Below, in pieces: positions 9,781 to 18,879 of a stretch of DNA of 64,000 bases. Where the stretch lies: the NCBI GenBank assembly GCA_963822945.1, contig CAWGJO010000021.1:64001-128000 (forward strand). The letters run 5' to 3'. The DNA comes from an uncultured Gemmatimonadaceae bacterium. GTDB lineage: Bacteria > Gemmatimonadota > Gemmatimonadetes > Gemmatimonadales > Gemmatimonadaceae. Both the position numbers and the translations under genes were made by a program. Each line of letters starts with the position of its first letter. Position 1 is the first letter of the stretch. The notes beneath the pieces were generated by a model, which had not been told where the DNA came from, did not search any database, and saw nothing but the letters and a program-made list of their open reading frames with translations.

Positions 9781-11106
9781 TCAAGGCGCGGAATCGCACC
9801 TCGTCGTGATGGTCGATGTCTCCACCAGCGGGGCCGGCAGCCCCGGAAAGAGTGGATACGCGCCCGGGCGCCGTGTGCCCCAACTCAGCATCAGCGAATC
9901 GCGGCCCAACGGTGTGAGCCGGGGTGGCGTCTCGGCGGCGTCGAACGGCAGCTGGTGCCACGCGATCGGCCCGTCATCGCCGACCGCGGCGGCGGTGAGC
10001 TGGTGCCCGTCGTGATACCGGCCCACGACGAACACGCTGTCGCCGAGTCGAGCCGCGGCGAGAAACTCGACGACGGGATCGTTGACGGTGGCGCGCCCCT
10101 GCCGCCACGTCGCACCGCCGTCGCGCGACGACGCGCGTTCGATGGTCCGCGCGTTCCGCGCCCCGGGCGCCGTCCGATGCACGCTCCAGACCAGGTGCAG
10201 AGCGCCGTCGCGCGTGGCCACCATCCGCAGCCAGTTGACACCGGCGAGGCCGAGGTCGGCGACGCTCTGTGGCGCGCTCCACGTCGCGCCCAGATCGTGC
10301 GACCTGACGATGAACACGCCGCTCGCCTCGAGGCGTCCGGACGGCAGCAGCATCGATCCCACGAAGGCAAGCACCAGCGTGTGGTCCGACGTTGTCGTGA
10401 GCGCGAGGTCGGTGGGTGGAATGGGGCCCGCGGGGATCCACGCGCGGCGCCACGCACCGTGATCGCGGCGCAGGTACACGATGCCGAGTGTGTCGCCCGA
10501 CCGGCGCGCCTGTCGCACGGGTACGGCGAGCGCCGTCTCCCCGGCGATCGTGCGCACCACCGGATACCCGGCGTTCCACGCGATCTCGTCGAACGCCAAC
10601 ACGCGCTCGGGGGTGCTCCATCCGTTGCCGGCGAATCGGGCGTGCCAGACCGCCGGCACCTGCTCCAGCGCGTGGTACGACGTGTCGGCGCTTTCGCCCC
10701 AGAACACGTCGAGTGCTCCGTCACTGCGGGACGCGGCCTGCACCGCCAGCATGCGGGTCGCGCCGGTGGGCATCGAGACCAACTCGGTGGCGCCACCAGG
10801 TGCCCGCACCACACCGGCTAGCCGCGACGGATCGACCATGGGCCGCGCCCCGGCCCCCGTGTCAGCGAACACCGTGGGCGTGCTCCACACGAAGGTCGGC
10901 ACGCCGAGCAGTGCCAGTCCGCCCGCGAACCGGACCGGCCTGGCGCCGTCGACGTACACGGGCCGTCCGTCCGCCATCGTGAGCGTCCGTGAAGCGCTCC
11001 ACGCGTACGGACGGCAGCGGCCGTCGGACCGCTGGGCCCCGAGTTGGCGAATCGGGAGCACGGGGGCGGACGCAACGCAGAGGACGATGGCGAGGCAAAG
11101 GCGCAT
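9781..11106 (-). CDS. Secreted BNR/Asp-box (sialidase-like beta-propeller) protein
   Basis: Signal peptide from ATG 11106; Asp-boxes SHDLGATW and SRDGGATW; GALHLVW-type blade strands. Confidence 0.72.
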   Translation of the reverse strand: MRLCLAIVLCVASAPVLPIRQLGAQRSDGRCRPYAWSASRTLTMADGRPVYVDGARPVRFAGGLALLGVPTFVWSTPTVFADTGAGARPMVDPSRLAGVVRAPGGATELVSMPTGATRMLAVQAASRSDGALDVFWGESADTSYHALEQVPAVWHARFAGNGWSTPERVLAFDEIAWNAGYPVVRTIAGETALAVPVRQARRSGDTLGIVYLRRDHGAWRRAWIPAGPIPPTDLALTTTSDHTLVLAFVGSMLLPSGRLEASGVFIVRSHDLGATWSAPQSVADLGLAGVNWLRMVATRDGALHLVWSVHRTAPGARNARTIERASSRDGGATWRQGRATVNDPVVEFLAAARLGDSVFVVGRYHDGHQLTAAAVGDDGPIAWHQLPFDAAETPPRLTPLGRDSLMLSWGTRRPGAYPLFPGLPAPLVETSTITTRCDSAP

Positions 11107-11382
11107 GAGCAGGGTGGCGGGAGGGAGACGCTGGGTTCGTGCGCCGAGTGTACCGCTCGGGGCCGGTCGCACCGCCACCCGCAGCGCGCGGGGAGAATCA
11201 ATTCATTGCGCGTGTCACCCTCTGAATCGCACGATCGCAGAAAGGCGCACGCGACATTCGCGCGCGCGCGCGCCAACTCCGGCACGCTGATCTATACGGT
11301 TTCTTTGTGTTTTTCTCAGGGATTTCCCCACACAAGGACAGTGTTCGTCCGATGGCATGAAGAGGGTCACTGGCTAATGTTC

Positions 11383-11408
11383 GCTCGCGTCACGCGAGTG
11401 ACGTGAGC
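11383..11408 (+). promoter_or_regulatory. 11-bp hairpin with GNRA tetraloop in the cytochrome operon leader
   Basis: GCTCGCGTCAC-GCGA-GTGACGTGAGC (one G:U pair), followed about 14 nt later by a T8 run and the RBS. Confidence 0.45.
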
Positions 11409-11445
11409 AAGCGAAGACCGTCTTTTTTTTGGGGGATACACATCG

Positions 11446-11847
11446 ATGGGGTTCCTGACGATTCTCGCGCGAAGCGCTGCCACGATCGTCCTTGCGTCGG
11501 GCGGAGGTCACACGGTGCACCGTCCGCAAACCGCGACCTTGCCTGACACGGGTCAGATCACGACGCAGATGATCAGTTCGGGCCGCGGGATCTTTCATGG
11601 ACAGGGCGGTTGCTTCGTCTGCCATGGCGCCAACCTTCAGGGGTCGCCCATCGCTCCCCCGCTCGACAAGCACGGCAAGCCCTGGCTGGCGGCGAAGGGC
11701 GGCACCTACGCCCAGATCTTCGCCGTCGTGACGCACGGCGTACCGGGCACCGTCATGGTCGCGCACCCCAACGGGATCAACGACGCGCTCGCCACCGAAG
11801 TCGCCGCTTACATCTGGGCAGTCAACCACCGCGGTGTGAAACCGTAA
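11446..11847 (+). CDS. Monoheme c-type cytochrome, probably periplasmic
   Basis: CFVCH heme motif; GVPGTVM supplies a candidate Met ligand; hydrophobic N-terminus; GGGGGA RBS. Confidence 0.9.
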   Translation: MGFLTILARSAATIVLASGGGHTVHRPQTATLPDTGQITTQMISSGRGIFHGQGGCFVCHGANLQGSPIAPPLDKHGKPWLAAKGGTYAQIFAVVTHGVPGTVMVAHPNGINDALATEVAAYIWAVNHRGVKP

Positions 11848-11858
11848 CCGGAGCCTCC

Positions 11859-13319
11859 ATGCACAGATATCTCTCCCTCCCGCGCCGGATAGGCCTGGGT
11901 CTCTCCGCTCTCCTGCTCGCGCTGGCCACGCTGGCGACGCCGGCCACCGCGCGCGCGGACCGTGGCGCGACCAGCGCCGCCAGTGCCCTCGGCGTCAGCG
12001 CCGATCACGCCGTCATGAACCGCAGCCTGATGGTCGCCCTCGCGAAAGCCCACGCCAACATCCCGGCGTTCTCGCGGCAGACCGGCATGGCCTGCAGCAT
12101 GTGCCACTATCAGTTTCCGGCGCTTACGCCCTTCGGCCGCCTGTTCAAGCTCAACGGCTACACGCTCACCGGAATCGCGACGATCAACGCCCAGGCCGAT
12201 ACCACCAAGGATCCGAGCCTGAAGCTGCTCACCGTCCCGCCCATGGCAGCGATGTTCGTCGGCGATTTCGCACAGACGGCGAAGGCCGTGCCCGGCACGC
12301 AGAACGGCACCGCTCAGTTCCCCGACCAGGCCAGCCTGTTCGTCGGCGGCGCGATCACGCCGAACCTGGGCATCTTCTCGCAGTTCACGTACGCCGCGGC
12401 CGACGGCACCTTCGGCATGGACAACCTCGATCTCCGCTACGCGAAGAACCACACGTTCGGCGATGGCAACAGCCTGCTCTTCGGCCTGACGCTGAACAAC
12501 AATCCCACCGTGCAGGATGTCTGGAACACGGTACCGGCATGGAGCTTCCCCTTCATGGGATCGGAGGCCGTCCCGGCACCGGGTGCCGGCACCATGATCG
12601 ACGGAGCGCTCGGACAGGCCGTGGTCGGCCTCGGCGCTTACACGTTGCTCAACAACCACCTCTACTCCGAACTCACCCTGTATCGGTCGTCGCCGCAGGG
12701 CGCCAGCTACCCGCTGGACGGGAGCGCAGGCAACACCACGTCGGGTGTGTCGCCGTACTGGCGTGTCGCCTGGCAGCAGCCGCTCAATCAGGATTACCTG
12801 ATGGTGGGCACGTTCGGCATGCACACCCAGTTGTACCCCTCTGACATCACCGGCCCCACCAACCAGTTCACCGACGTCGGCGTCGATGCGCAGTACGAGC
12901 ACCCGACGGGCGCGGGCGCCGTGATCGGACGCGCGACCTACACGCACGAATCGCAGAACCGCGTGGCCGATTTCATCTCGGGCGCCTCGCAGCAGCACGA
13001 CAACCTGACCACGTTCAAGGCCAACGTGTCGCTCGCCACGTCGCTCTACTACGGCGCGTCGTTCGGCTACTTCCAGACGAACGGCACCACGGATGCCATT
13101 CTGTACGCGGCCAACCCGGTGGACGGCAGCGCCAACGGCAGCCCGAACTCTCAGGGCTTCGTGGGTCAGCTGAACTACAACGTGTGGCAGAACGTGCGGT
13201 TGGGCCTGCAATACACGATGTACACCAAGTTCAACGGTGGGAACACCAACTACGACGGCTCGGGACGCTCGGCGTCCGACAACAACACGCTGTATCTGTT
13301 CACGTGGTTGGCCTTCTGA
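11859..13319 (+). CDS. cyc2: Cyc2-family fused cytochrome c-porin (putative outer-membrane Fe(II)/metal oxidase)
   Basis: IPAFSRQTGMACSMCHYQFPALTPFGRLFKLNGY heme domain; QFPDQASLF, LNNNPTVQDVWNT, PYWRVAWQ, VGTFGM, KFNG...NNTLYLFTWLAF barrel with terminal Phe. True start ATG 11859 after GGAG. Confidence 0.85.
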   Translation: MHRYLSLPRRIGLGLSALLLALATLATPATARADRGATSAASALGVSADHAVMNRSLMVALAKAHANIPAFSRQTGMACSMCHYQFPALTPFGRLFKLNGYTLTGIATINAQADTTKDPSLKLLTVPPMAAMFVGDFAQTAKAVPGTQNGTAQFPDQASLFVGGAITPNLGIFSQFTYAAADGTFGMDNLDLRYAKNHTFGDGNSLLFGLTLNNNPTVQDVWNTVPAWSFPFMGSEAVPAPGAGTMIDGALGQAVVGLGAYTLLNNHLYSELTLYRSSPQGASYPLDGSAGNTTSGVSPYWRVAWQQPLNQDYLMVGTFGMHTQLYPSDITGPTNQFTDVGVDAQYEHPTGAGAVIGRATYTHESQNRVADFISGASQQHDNLTTFKANVSLATSLYYGASFGYFQTNGTTDAILYAANPVDGSANGSPNSQGFVGQLNYNVWQNVRLGLQYTMYTKFNGGNTNYDGSGRSASDNNTLYLFTWLAF

Positions 13320-13365
13320 TCCTCCACTGATCCGACGCCTGCCCCGCGGACGGGCCAGGACCTTC

Positions 13366-13408
13366 CCCCGCCCCGGCGAGCCCCGCTCGCCGGGGCGGGG
13401 TTCGTGTT
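13366..13408 (+). terminator. Intrinsic terminator after cyc2
   Basis: Perfect 16-bp stem CCCCGCCCCGGCGAGC-ccc-GCTCGCCGGGGCGGGG followed by TTCGTGTT. Confidence 0.75.
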
Positions 13409-13589
13409 ACCCCGGGACGGATCCTCCGGGCCGGTGTGATCCAGGCGCTTGACAGCACCCCCCTTCGGGGTGACAGGTTGGGCCTCGACCGACCGCCTCG
13501 CGCCCTGCTTCCCTCCTCTCACCAACCCGCGCCCTCTGCCAACACCCACGCGCATCCCCCTCACCTCGCCCGGCACGCGCTCGAACGTC

Positions 13590-14894
13590 GTGCGGCGGCT
13601 GGCGCGCGTCGCCAGCCTGGGGCTCGTGCTGCTGGGCGGAGTCACCTGCACCGACGGTCCAAGTTCGCCCGGCGCCGGCGGGCCCGCTCTGGTCCGCGTG
13701 GCGCCGCAATTCTCCAGAGCCGCGGCGGCGGCCCTCGGCACGTTGGGGCAGTTCGGACTCGCGATCGATACCGCGCACGTGCGGATCGACCAGCTCGACC
13801 GCCTCTCCGACACCGCCGGATTCGACACGGTCGTCGCCGTGCCGCCCGGCAGCGATACCCTCCGCCTCTCGTTCCCCATCGTCCTCAGCGCCCCGACCGA
13901 GCGATTGCAGGTCACGGTAGATCTGCGGCATGGTCAGCAGCTACTGTTCTCCGGCACGCAGATCATATCCGCCGCGGTCGGCGCGCCGTCCACCGCTGCG
14001 CCTCCGGTCATCGCGATCGAGTATGTGGGTCCAGGGGCCGGTGCCACGCAGCTCTTCATCGCCCCGCGCGACACCGTCATCGGTGTCCAGGGCATCGTGA
14101 AATACCTGTTCACGGCGCTCGACAGCACCAAAGCCGTGGTCACGTCGGCCACCGTGGCGTGGAGTCTCTCGGACTCCAGCGTCGGAGCGATCGACAGCGG
14201 GACCGGCACGTTCGTCTCCAATGGCACGGAGGGCGAAACGCGCGTCTTTGCCGTGACGCCGAACGCCCTGCGCGATTCCACGACACTCACCATCACCGCG
14301 CCGCCGTCGAAGCTCGTGATCCTGAGTGGCGGCGCCCAGACCGGGGCTCCGAGCAGCGTGCTGCCGCAGCCGCTGGTGGTGCAGGCCCAGACGCCGGGCG
14401 GTCATCCCGTGGCCGGTGTCGCGGTGACGTTCGTGCCGGCGGCAACCGGGTCGGTGAACCCCGCCGCCGCCGTGACCGACAGTACCGGCCGCGCGCAGGC
14501 CACGATGACGCTTGGGCGGACCTCCGGCATCCAGATCTTTGGCGTGCTGTCCAGCGGCCTCGCCGGCGACTCCGTTGCGGAGTACGCCACCGCAGGCCCC
14601 GGCGCGTCGATGCTCAAGGTGGCGGGCGATTCACAGACCGTCGCCGCTTCCACCACCGTCCCGGTGGCGCCCACGGTCAGGATCATCGGCGCCACGGGCG
14701 CACCCCTGGCCGGCATTCCCGTGGTGTTCGCGGTGACCGCGGGCGGCGGCAGTGTGACGGGCGGTACCGTGCTTACCGACAGCACCGGTACGGCCACGGT
14801 CGGCGCCTGGATGCTGGGCGGCAGCGGGGCCCAGACGCTGGTAGCGACCAGCGGCGCGCTGAGCGCGACGTTCACGGCGTTCATCGCGCCTTAG
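13590..14894 (+). CDS. Exported Ig-like (Big_1/Big_2) domain protein, possible lipoprotein
   Basis: Hydrophobic leader ending GGVT-C; WSLSDSSVGAID (Big_2); two SGGAQTG/AGDSQT...TDSTG.A Big_1-type repeats. Start uncertain (13449-13590). Confidence 0.8.
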   Translation: MRRLARVASLGLVLLGGVTCTDGPSSPGAGGPALVRVAPQFSRAAAAALGTLGQFGLAIDTAHVRIDQLDRLSDTAGFDTVVAVPPGSDTLRLSFPIVLSAPTERLQVTVDLRHGQQLLFSGTQIISAAVGAPSTAAPPVIAIEYVGPGAGATQLFIAPRDTVIGVQGIVKYLFTALDSTKAVVTSATVAWSLSDSSVGAIDSGTGTFVSNGTEGETRVFAVTPNALRDSTTLTITAPPSKLVILSGGAQTGAPSSVLPQPLVVQAQTPGGHPVAGVAVTFVPAATGSVNPAAAVTDSTGRAQATMTLGRTSGIQIFGVLSSGLAGDSVAEYATAGPGASMLKVAGDSQTVAASTTVPVAPTVRIIGATGAPLAGIPVVFAVTAGGGSVTGGTVLTDSTGTATVGAWMLGGSGAQTLVATSGALSATFTAFIAP

Positions 14895-14916
14895 GGAACG
14901 CCGCCGGCCTCCACCG

Positions 14917-15621
14917 TCACCACGTCGTCGGGCCCAGGTACTCACGCCGGAACCGCTCATCCGCGGATGCTGCGGCCGGCGCTCCCAGTTCGTAGGTCGT
15001 CCCGTCGGTGCACCAGGTGACGCGGGTGGCCGCCGCAAACAGCGACGACACCTCGTGGCCGGTGATCACGACGGCGCAGCCGCGACGCGCCAGCGACCGG
15101 AAGGCGTTCGACAGCAACTCCGCATCCCTCGGCGCGACCCCGAGGAAGGGTTCATCCGCAACCAGGCATCTCGGATCTCGTGTCAGCGCCGCGGCGATTT
15201 CCACCCGCCGGAGTTCGCCGCCCGACAATTGATCCGGGGTTCGTCCGAGCAGCCCCGCGATCCGGAGCCAGTCGAGGTCCTGCAACGCCGGGCCGCCCGC
15301 GAATTGCCGGCTGAACATCTCGATTTGCGTCCCCACGGGCAGCGCGCGCGACAACAGCCCGCGGACCGGGAGGTAGAAGAGTCCCTCGGCCGCCAACCGG
15401 TGGTGCCGGGCGTCCAGATACGGCCGGCCGGCGAAGTGGACCGTTCCGGAATCGGGGGACAGCCGGCCGCACGCGATCCGGAGCAGCGTCGACTTCCCGA
15501 TGCCGTTGCGCCCGACGAGCGCGCGAACTTCTCCCGCGTAGGCGCGGAGCGTGGCCGACGTCAGCACCGGCCGCCCGGCGAATCGTTTCGCCACGGAGTC
15601 GGCGATCAGCATCGCGGTCAT
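14917..15621 (-). CDS. ABC transporter ATP-binding protein (LptB-like)
   Basis: GRNGIGKST Walker A, LSGGE signature, LVADEP Walker B, ITGH H-loop; start ATG 15621. Confidence 0.88.
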   Translation of the reverse strand: MTAMLIADSVAKRFAGRPVLTSATLRAYAGEVRALVGRNGIGKSTLLRIACGRLSPDSGTVHFAGRPYLDARHHRLAAEGLFYLPVRGLLSRALPVGTQIEMFSRQFAGGPALQDLDWLRIAGLLGRTPDQLSGGELRRVEIAAALTRDPRCLVADEPFLGVAPRDAELLSNAFRSLARRGCAVVITGHEVSSLFAAATRVTWCTDGTTYELGAPAAASADERFRREYLGPTTW

Positions 15622-15965
15622 CCGAGATGAGCGCCGGCCGCGAGCACCAGCAGCTCCCCAACCAGTGGCGGTACGGCGTCGATGAGCGTACACCAGAGTC
15701 GTGATATGCCGAGGTTGGCGATGAGCACGCCCTCTCCGTGTCGCACCTCGTCGATCGCGGACGCGGCAACGCACAGCACGATCACTCCCAGCGACGCGGT
15801 GGGGGTAAGTCGGATCGGGTCGGCTCCCACCATGCGCAGTCCGACGCCGAGGAGCGCCCGCGTGGCCACCCACACGGTGGCACCGCGGATCATGCGTGTG
15901 CGAACGAGGATCACATTGGGGAGCATGGGCGGGAATTCGGGTACGGGGTCGTACCGCGGAGGCAT
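15618..15965 (-). CDS. Small hypothetical membrane protein, coupled to the ABC ATPase
   Basis: Three hydrophobic stretches; ATGA overlap with the ATPase start; start at 15965 or 15926. Confidence 0.55.
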   Translation of the reverse strand: MPPRYDPVPEFPPMLPNVILVRTRMIRGATVWVATRALLGVGLRMVGADPIRLTPTASLGVIVLCVAASAIDEVRHGEGVLIANLGISRLWCTLIDAVPPLVGELLVLAAGAHLG

Positions 15966-16085
15966 CCTTACGTTCCTGCCCGGCCGGCACCCTTGACGGG
16001 CGCCGCCCTCGGACGCATGGTTCGCGGCCTTCCACAGCACCGCCCGCCCCCACTCGATCCCCCCCCGCCATCCCCAGGGGAACTC

Positions 16086-16754
16086 ATGTCAGTGTCCAAC
16101 GCACGGTCCATCGCCGCGACGACGTCGCGCGTCCTCTCCTTCGCGGCGCTGCTCGGCGCCGCCGCCCCTCTGCACGCGCAGGCCGCGGGAAAGGACTACA
16201 CCCCCGCCGATGTGAAATTCATGCAGGGCATGATCGTGCACCACGCCCAGGCCGTGGTGATGTCGAACTGGGCGCCCACGCACGGCGCCCGCGCCGACGT
16301 CGCCATCCTCTGCAAGCGCATCGCCCTGTCGCAGTACGATGAGATCGACCTCATGCAGCACTGGCTCGCCGCCCGCCACCTGAGCGCCCCCGATCCGCTG
16401 AAGATGCAGCACCCGCACTCCGGGCCGGTCGAGGACTCCAGCCCCATGCACATGCCCGGCATGGACATGGGTAATCCGCCGATGATGATGTCGGGCATGC
16501 TCACCCCCGCCGAGATGCGCCAACTCGACGCGGCCCGCGGCACGGAGTTCGATCGCCTCTATCTCCAGGGCATGATCAAGCACCACCAGGGCGCCGTCGA
16601 TATGGTCGCCGCGTTGTTCGCCACCCCCGGCGGCGGTCAGCAGTCCGAGCTGTTCGGCTTCGCCACCGACATCGACGCCAGCCAGCGCGTCCAGATTGCC
16701 CGAATGCAGGCCATGTTGAAGACCCTTCCCACCACCCCGAGCCCAACCCGATGA
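16086..16754 (+). CDS. DUF305 family ferritin-like (CopM-like) secreted protein
   Basis: FMQGMIVHHAQA and YLQGMIKHHQGA paired HH motifs; Met-rich linker; start ATG 16086. Confidence 0.9.
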   Translation: MSVSNARSIAATTSRVLSFAALLGAAAPLHAQAAGKDYTPADVKFMQGMIVHHAQAVVMSNWAPTHGARADVAILCKRIALSQYDEIDLMQHWLAARHLSAPDPLKMQHPHSGPVEDSSPMHMPGMDMGNPPMMMSGMLTPAEMRQLDAARGTEFDRLYLQGMIKHHQGAVDMVAALFATPGGGQQSELFGFATDIDASQRVQIARMQAMLKTLPTTPSPTR

Positions 16755-18742
16755 CACCCTCCTCCCCCACCGGCCCGCGCGTGCGGGCCACGCTGCAGGC
16801 GCTGTTCCTCGCCGCCGCCCCTCTGCTGTTCTCGTCCGCGTGCACGACAGCGGCACCAGCAAAAGCGCCGACGGTGGCGCAGGCCGACACCACCGACCCC
16901 CGCGCCCACCTCAAGGCCGGCCTGTACGACGCGGGCGTTGCGTCGAAGGGGCTCGACCTCGTGGCGCACGAGAACAAGCCCGCAGTCTTTCATCCCAACG
17001 ATCCGGGCGGTCTCACCTACGCCAATTCGGATCTCGCGTTCGGCGGCCACTACGTCTATCAGGGCAACTTCAGCGGCATCCAGATCTGGGACGTGTCGGA
17101 TCCGGCGAAGCCGGCGTTGACGGCGGCCCCCGTGTGCTTCACGGAACAGGGAGACGTGTCCGTGTATGGCCACCTGCTCTTCGTCTCGGCCGAGAACACC
17201 GGCAGCCGCCTGGATTGCGGCACGCAGGGGGTCAAGGACACGGTGAGCAAGGCGCGCATGCTCGGCATCCGCATCTTCGACATCTCCAACCCCAAGAAGC
17301 CCCGCCAGGTGGCCGACGTGCAGACCTGCCGCGGCTCGCACACACACACGCTCGTGCCCGACCCCAACGATAAGGGCATCGTCTACGTGTACGTGTCCGG
17401 TCTGGCGGGCGTACGCCCGAAGGCGGAAATGGCGAGCTGCGAGGTCGGCGACATCAGCGATCCGAACTCGGCCCTCTTTCGCATCGAGGTGATCCGGGTC
17501 CCGCTGGCGCACCCGGAGCAGGCGAAGATCGTGAGCTCGGCCCGCATCTTCAACGACCTCACCGCCCCGCCCGCGCACGGCGTGGCGTACGCCGACACGG
17601 CAAACGGCGCCATGGTGAATTCGGCACGGCGGATGCTCGGCCGGCTCGGCATGGATTCAACGGCGACGGCGGCCGACTCGGACCGCGCCGCCCGGCTGCT
17701 CGCGTCGCTCCAACTCGCGCGCGACGATAGCGCGAAGGCCAGTGTGTTCGCCGATTCGCTGGTGGCGATGGGGCTCACTGCACGCCTGCGCCCCTCCGGT
17801 GGCACGCGCGGCGGCCCCTCCCAGTGCCACGACATCACGGTATACCCCGAAGCCGGCCTGGCCGGCGGTGCCTGCTCGGGCTACGGGCTGCTGCTCAACA
17901 TCAAGGACCCCGTGCACCCGGTGCGCATTCAGGCCGTGGCCGACTCGAACTTCGCCTTCTGGCATTCGGCCACGTTCAGCAACGACGGATCGAAGATGAT
18001 CTTCACCGACGAGTGGGGCGGCGGCACGCAGGCCAAGTGCCGGGCCACCGATCCCATGGACTGGGGGGCCGACGCCATCTTCACCGTGAGCGGTGACCAG
18101 CTCACGCGGAAGAGCTACTACAAGTTGCCGGCCGCACAGACCGTGAACGAGAACTGCGTGGCGCACAACGGCGGGCTCGTCCCGATTCCCGGACGCGACG
18201 TCATGGTCCAGGGCTGGTACCAGGGCGGCATCTCGGTGTTCGACTTCACCGATCCCGCGCACCCCAAGGAGATCGCCTACTTCGACCGCGGCCCCAACGA
18301 CTCCACCAAGCTCGTGCTCGGCGGCTTCTGGGCCGGCTACTACTACAACGGCTACATCTACGGCTCGGAAATCGCCCGCGGCCTGGACGTCTTCAAGTTG
18401 ACGCCCACGGCCGACCTCACGCAGAACGAGATCGACGCCGCGGCGCTCGTCCACTTCGATCAGTACAACCCGCAGAGCCAGCCGAAGCTGGTCTGGCCGG
18501 CAGCCTTCCCGGTGGCACGCGCCTATCTGGATCAGTTGGTGCGCGACAACGGACTGCCCGCCGCACGCACGGCCGCCATCAAGACGGCGCTCGACGACGC
18601 CGAGAAGGCGACGGGCACCGGGCGCGCCGATGCGCTGAAGGCGCTCGGCACGCAGCTCGATCAGGATGCGGGCACGGCCTCCGACGCCGCGAAGGTGAAG
18701 TTGCTCGCGGGCGTCGTGAAGCAGATGAGCACCCAGCAGTAA
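16751..18742 (+). CDS. LVIVD-repeat beta-propeller lipoprotein
   Basis: Lipobox SSA-C; repeats IQIWDVSDP, IRIFDISNP, ISVFDFTDP; CHDI, FWHSA, NCVAHN motifs; ATGA overlap with DUF305 gene. Confidence 0.85.
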   Translation: MTPSSPTGPRVRATLQALFLAAAPLLFSSACTTAAPAKAPTVAQADTTDPRAHLKAGLYDAGVASKGLDLVAHENKPAVFHPNDPGGLTYANSDLAFGGHYVYQGNFSGIQIWDVSDPAKPALTAAPVCFTEQGDVSVYGHLLFVSAENTGSRLDCGTQGVKDTVSKARMLGIRIFDISNPKKPRQVADVQTCRGSHTHTLVPDPNDKGIVYVYVSGLAGVRPKAEMASCEVGDISDPNSALFRIEVIRVPLAHPEQAKIVSSARIFNDLTAPPAHGVAYADTANGAMVNSARRMLGRLGMDSTATAADSDRAARLLASLQLARDDSAKASVFADSLVAMGLTARLRPSGGTRGGPSQCHDITVYPEAGLAGGACSGYGLLLNIKDPVHPVRIQAVADSNFAFWHSATFSNDGSKMIFTDEWGGGTQAKCRATDPMDWGADAIFTVSGDQLTRKSYYKLPAAQTVNENCVAHNGGLVPIPGRDVMVQGWYQGGISVFDFTDPAHPKEIAYFDRGPNDSTKLVLGGFWAGYYYNGYIYGSEIARGLDVFKLTPTADLTQNEIDAAALVHFDQYNPQSQPKLVWPAAFPVARAYLDQLVRDNGLPAARTAAIKTALDDAEKATGTGRADALKALGTQLDQDAGTASDAAKVKLLAGVVKQMSTQQ

Positions 18743-18879
18743 CGCATTTACGGAACGGGACCGCGGCCGGTGGGCATCTGCTCGCCGGCCGCGGCACCCA
18801 CCGGCGCCCTCACGGGCGCCTTGCCTCCCCGGTCCGGGGCTGGTACGGTTGGGGAGACCACCCTCCCGGGGCCACCGCG

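Noticed and set aside
11610..11858. Upstream extension of the Cyc2 ORF
   Set aside because: Off-frame overlap with the cytochrome c gene; RBS and signal peptide support ATG 11859
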